From Ranitomeya imitator (lineage: Eukaryota): a stretch of 64,000 nt of DNA. Position 1 is the first letter of the stretch, and every line of letters starts with the position of its first letter. Location of the stretch: contig NC_091285.1 of assembly GCF_032444005.1 (NCBI RefSeq), forward strand, positions 2,232,001 through 2,296,000, given 5' to 3'. The position numbers were made by a program, and so were the translations under genes. Below are positions 59,801 through 64,000 of the stretch, piece by piece. The notes under the pieces were generated by a model, which searched no databases, had not been told where the DNA came from, and worked only from the letters and a program-made list of their open reading frames with translations.

Positions 59801-62800
59801 TATACAGCTGTGTGCGCGCGCTCCCCCTCTATACAGCTGTGTGTGTGCGCTCCCCCTCTCTATACAGCTGTGTGTGTGCGCGCTCCCCCTCTATACAGCT
59901 GTGTGCGCGCTCCCCCTCTATACAGCTGTGTGCGCGCTCCCCCTCTATACAGCTGTGTGCGCGCTCCCCCTCTATACAGCTGTGTGCGCGCTCCCCCTCT
60001 ATACAGCTGTGTGTGCGCGCTCCCCCTCTCTATACAGCTGTGTGTGCGCGCTCCCCCTCTATACAGCTGTGTGTGTGCGCGCTCCCCCTCTATACAGCTG
60101 TGTGTGCGCGCTCCCCCTCTCTATACAGCTGTGTGTGTGCGCGCTCCCCCTCTATACAGCTGTGTGTGTGCGCGCTCCCCCTCTCTATACAGCTGTGTGT
60201 GTGCGCGCTCCCCCTCTATACAGCTGTGTGTGTGCGCGCTCCCCCTCTATACAGCTGTGTGTGCGCGCTCCCCCTCTCTATACAGCTGTGTGTGTGCGCG
60301 CTCCCCCTCTATACAGCTGTGTGTGTGCGCGCTCCCCCTCTCTATACAGCTGTGTGTGCGCGCTCCCCCTGTATACAGCTGTGTGCGCGCTCCCCCTCTC
60401 TATACAGCTGTGTGTGTGCGCTCCCCCTCTATACAGCTGTGTGTGTGCGCGCTCCCCCTGTATACAGCTGTGTGTGCGCGCTCCCCCTCTCTATGCGCGC
60501 TCCCCCTCTCTATACAGCTGTGTGTGCGTGCTCCCCCTGTATACAGCTGTGTGTGAGCGCTCCCCCTCTCTATACAGCTGTGTGCGCGCTCCCCCTCTCT
60601 ATACAGCTGTGTGCGCGCGCTCCCCCTCTCTATACAGCTGTGTGTGTGTGCTCCCCCTGTATACAGCTGTGTGTGCGCTCCCCCTCTCTATACAGCTGTG
60701 TGCGCGCTCCCCCTGTATACAGCTGTGTGTGAGCGCTCCCCCTCTCTATACAGCTGTGTGCGCGCTCCCCCTCTCTATACAGCTGTGTGCGCGCGCTCCC
60801 CCTGTATACAGCTGTGTGCGTGCTCCCCCTGTATACAGCTGTGTGTGTGCTCCCCCTGTATACAGCTGTGTGCGTGCTCCCCCTGTATACAGCTGTGTGT
60901 GTGCTCCCCCTCTCTATACAGCTGTGTGCGCGCTCCCCCTCTCTATACAGCTGTGTGCGCGCTCCCCCTGTATACAGCTGTGTGTGCGCGCTCCCCCTGT
61001 ATACAGCTGTGTGCGCGCTCCCCCTGTATACAGCTGTGTGTGTGCGTGCTCCCCCTCTCTATACAGCTATGTGTGTGCGCGCTCCCCCTCTCTATACAGC
61101 TGTGTGTGCGTGCTCCCCCTGTATACAGCTGTGTGCGTGCTCCCCCTGTATACAGCTGTGTGTGCGCGCTCCCCCTCTCTATACAGCTGTGTGTGCGCGC
61201 TCCCCCTCTCTATACAGCTGTGTGCGCTCCCCCTCTCTATACAGCTGTGTGTGTGCGTGCTCCCCCTGTATACAGCTGTGTGTGCGCGCTCCCCCTGTAT
61301 ACAGCTGTGTGCGTGCTCCCCCTCTCTATACAGCTGTGTGTGCGCGCTCCCCCTGTATACAGCTGTGTGTGCGTGCTCCCCCTGTATACAGCTGTGTATG
61401 CGCGCTCCCCCTCTCTATACAGCTGTGTGTGTGCGCTCCCCCTCTCTATACAGCTGTCTGCGTGCTCTCCCTGTATACAGCTGTGTGTATGCTCCCCCTG
61501 TATACAGCTGTGTGTGCGCGCTCCCCCTGTATACAGCTGTGTGTGTGCGTGCTCCCCCTCTCTATACAGCTGTGTGTGCGTGCTCCCCCTGTATACAGCT
61601 GTGTGTGCGTGCGCTCCCCCTGTATACAGCTGTGTGTGTGCGTGCTCCCCCTGTATACAGCTGTGTGCGTGCTCCCCCTGTATACAGCTGTGTGTGCGCG
61701 CTCCCCCTCTATACAGCTCTGTGCGCGCTCCCCCTCTCTATACAGCTGTGTGTGTGCGCTCCTCCTCTCTATACGGCTGTGTGTGTGTGCGCTCCCCCTC
61801 TATACGGCTGTGTGTGTGTGTGCTCCCCCTCTCTATACGGCTGTGTGTGTGTGTGCTCCCCCTCTCTATACGGCTGTGTGTGTGTGCGCGCTCCCCCTCT
61901 TTATACAGCTGTGTGCGCGCTCCCCCTCTTTATACGGCTGTGTGCGCGCTCCCCCTCTTTATACGGCTGTGTGCGCGCTCCCCCTCTTTATACGGCTGTG
62001 TGCGCGCTCCCCCTCTTTATACAGCTGTGTGCGCGCTCCCCCTCTTTATACAGCTGTGTGCGCGCTCCCCCTCTTTATACAGCTGTGTGCGCGCTCCCCC
62101 TCTCCATACAGCTGTGTGTGAGCGCTCCCCCTCTCTATACAGCTGTTTCCCCAGTATACAGCTGTGTACGTGTGCCCCCTGTATACAGCTGTGTGCTCCC
62201 CCTCTCTATACAGCTGTGCATGTGCGTGCTTCCCCTCTATACAGCTGTGCATGTGCGTGCTCCCCTCTCTATACAGCTGTGTGTGCCCCCCGTATACGGC
62301 TGTGTATGTGCGTTCCCCCTCTCTATACAGCTGTGTACGTGTTCCCACTGTATACAGCTGTGCGCACTCCCCCCTCTATACAGCTGTGTATGTGTGCCCC
62401 CTGTATACAGCTGTGCGCGCTCCCCCTCTATACAGCTTTGTGTACGTGTGCCCCTGTATACAGCTGTGCGCGCTCCTCTATACAGCTGTGTACGTGCCCC
62501 CGTATACAGCTGTGTGCGCTTCCCCTCTTTATACAGCTGTGAGTGCGCTCCCCCTCTATACAACTGTGTACGTGTGCTCCTCCGTATACAGCTGTGTGTG
62601 CGCTCCCCCTCTCTATACAGCTGTGTACGTGTTCCCTGTATACAGCTGTGCGCGCTCCCCCTCTGTATACAGCTGTGTACGTGTGCCCCCCGTATACAGC
62701 TGTGTGCGCTTCCCCTCTACAGCTGTGCGCTTCCCCTCTCTATACAGCTGTGCGTCCTCCCCCTCTATACAGCTGTGTGTGTGTGTGCTCCCCCTGTATA

Positions 62801-63190
62801 CGGCTGTGTGTGCGCTCCTCTCTATACAGGAGTGCGCGCTCCCCCTCTCTATACGGCTGTGTGCGCGCTCCCCCTCTATACGGCTGTGTGCGCGCTCCCC
62901 CTCTATACGGCTGTGTGCGCGCTCCCCTCTCTATACGGCTGTGTGCGCGCTCCCCCTCTCTATACGGCTGTGTGCGCGCTCCCCCTCTCTATACGGCTGT
63001 GTGCGCGCTCCCCCTCTCTATACGGCTGTTTTCCCCAGTATACAGTGTGTACGTGCTCCCCCTCTATACAGCTGTTTCCCCCAGTATACAGTGTGTACGT
63101 GTTCCCCCTCTATACAGCTGTGTATGTGCACCCCCGTATACAGCTGTGTATGTATGTGTGCCCCCCCCATGTACTACATATAACAAGTAT
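50879..63190. repeat. 12.3-kb minisatellite in PLEKHA5 intron 2 (roughly 400 units of ~26-36 bp)
   Basis: Unit GCTCCCCCT(CT)n or GCTCCCCCTG, then TATACAGCT(GT)n(GC)n. The 3' edge (after ~61700) is diverged. Confidence 0.97.
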
Positions 63191-63252
63191 TAGTGATGAG
63201 TAAAGGAAATGATATGGGGTGTACTAATTATTGTACAGCTAGAAATCTGAAT

Positions 63253-64000
63253 ACTGTGCATTAGTATTCGGCCCCCTGTAGTCTGATGCCCCTAAATAAC
63301 ATCCTGAGTGACCGATCGCCCCCAGAAGTCACATCATTAGTACCCTGCGTCCCCCTGGGTGTGATTCCTCCTCAGTATAACGACAGCTGTTCTGTGAAGG
63401 CCTCAGAGGTTTGTGTGAGAACATCAGGGATCATGAAAACCAAGGAGCCCACCAGACAAGTCAGGGATAAAGTGGTGGAGAGGAGGAAAGCAGGGTTAGG
63501 TTATAGAAAATAGCCCAAGCTCTGAACATCTCACAGAGCATCAATCCATCATCCAAACATGGAGGGAGAATGGCACAACTGCAAACCTACCAAGACATGG
63601 CTGTCCACCTAACCTGACATCTGAAGGAAGGAGAGGATTAATGAGAGAAGCAGCCGAGAGGCCCATGGTCACTGGAGGAGCCGCAGATCCACAGGGGGGA
63701 GAAACTGTCCACAGGAGAACTATTAGTCGTGTGCTCCACAAATCTGCCCTTTATGGAAGAGGAGCAAGTAGAAAGGCATTGTGGAAGCCCCAAGAAGTCC
63801 CATGTAGGGGACACAGTGAGTATGTGGTGGAAAACGAACACTGCATATCACCCTGAAAACACCATCCCCACCGTCTTGCGTGGTGGCAGCATCATGCTGT
63901 GGGGAGGCTTTTCTTCAGCAGTGGCAGGGAATCTGGTCAGAGGTGATGGGTCGATAGATGTAGCTAAATACAAGGCGATCCTGGAGGAAAACCTGTTAGA
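63253..64000 (+). mobile_element. Degenerate Tc1-family element, continues off the right edge
   Basis: TIR-like AGTATTCGGCCCC. Transposase remnants MKTKEPTRQVRDKVVE...[15 protein letters not shown] and LHKSALYGR. Confidence 0.85.

Noticed and set aside
50863-63203. ORFs of 4122, 1932, 1813, 1457 and 1278 aa as real genes
   Set aside because: All three + frames give the same permuted repeat because the unit lacks stop codons. The region lies behind a canonical GTGAGT donor.

Overview
This is vertebrate genomic DNA, almost certainly from a frog; that call is inferred from the transposon and minisatellite families and the gene model. It is not prokaryotic, and I found no CRISPR array, rRNA or tRNA. 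The only host gene I can identify is PLEKHA5: a CpG-rich promoter and coding exons 1-2 at 50618-50862 on the + strand, encoding the first WW domain. These sit between a 2.1-kb G-rich array and a 12.3-kb intronic minisatellite. The first ~48 kb is a stack of nested mobile elements. It contains the 5' part of a Tx1/L1-clade LINE, L2 and CR1 LINEs, Tc1 elements, Harbinger-, hAT-, piggyBac- and Tc2/pogo-type MITEs, a Gmr1-type Gypsy deletion derivative, and two DIRS1 tyrosine-recombinase retrotransposons, one inserted inside the other. The most notable observations are: (i) both DIRS elements carry an apparent spliceosomal intron at the same position and phase in gag; (ii) both DIRS integration sites share a short core with the element's own circle junction; (iii) one 35-bp minisatellite has received repeated insertions and abuts the Tx1 5' end; (iv) the L2 has a 2A-like motif; (v) the PLEKHA5 reading frame stays open for >4,100 codons into the intronic satellite. 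Most long ORFs in the track are artefacts of stop-free repeats. Boundaries were read by eye and may be off by a few bases.
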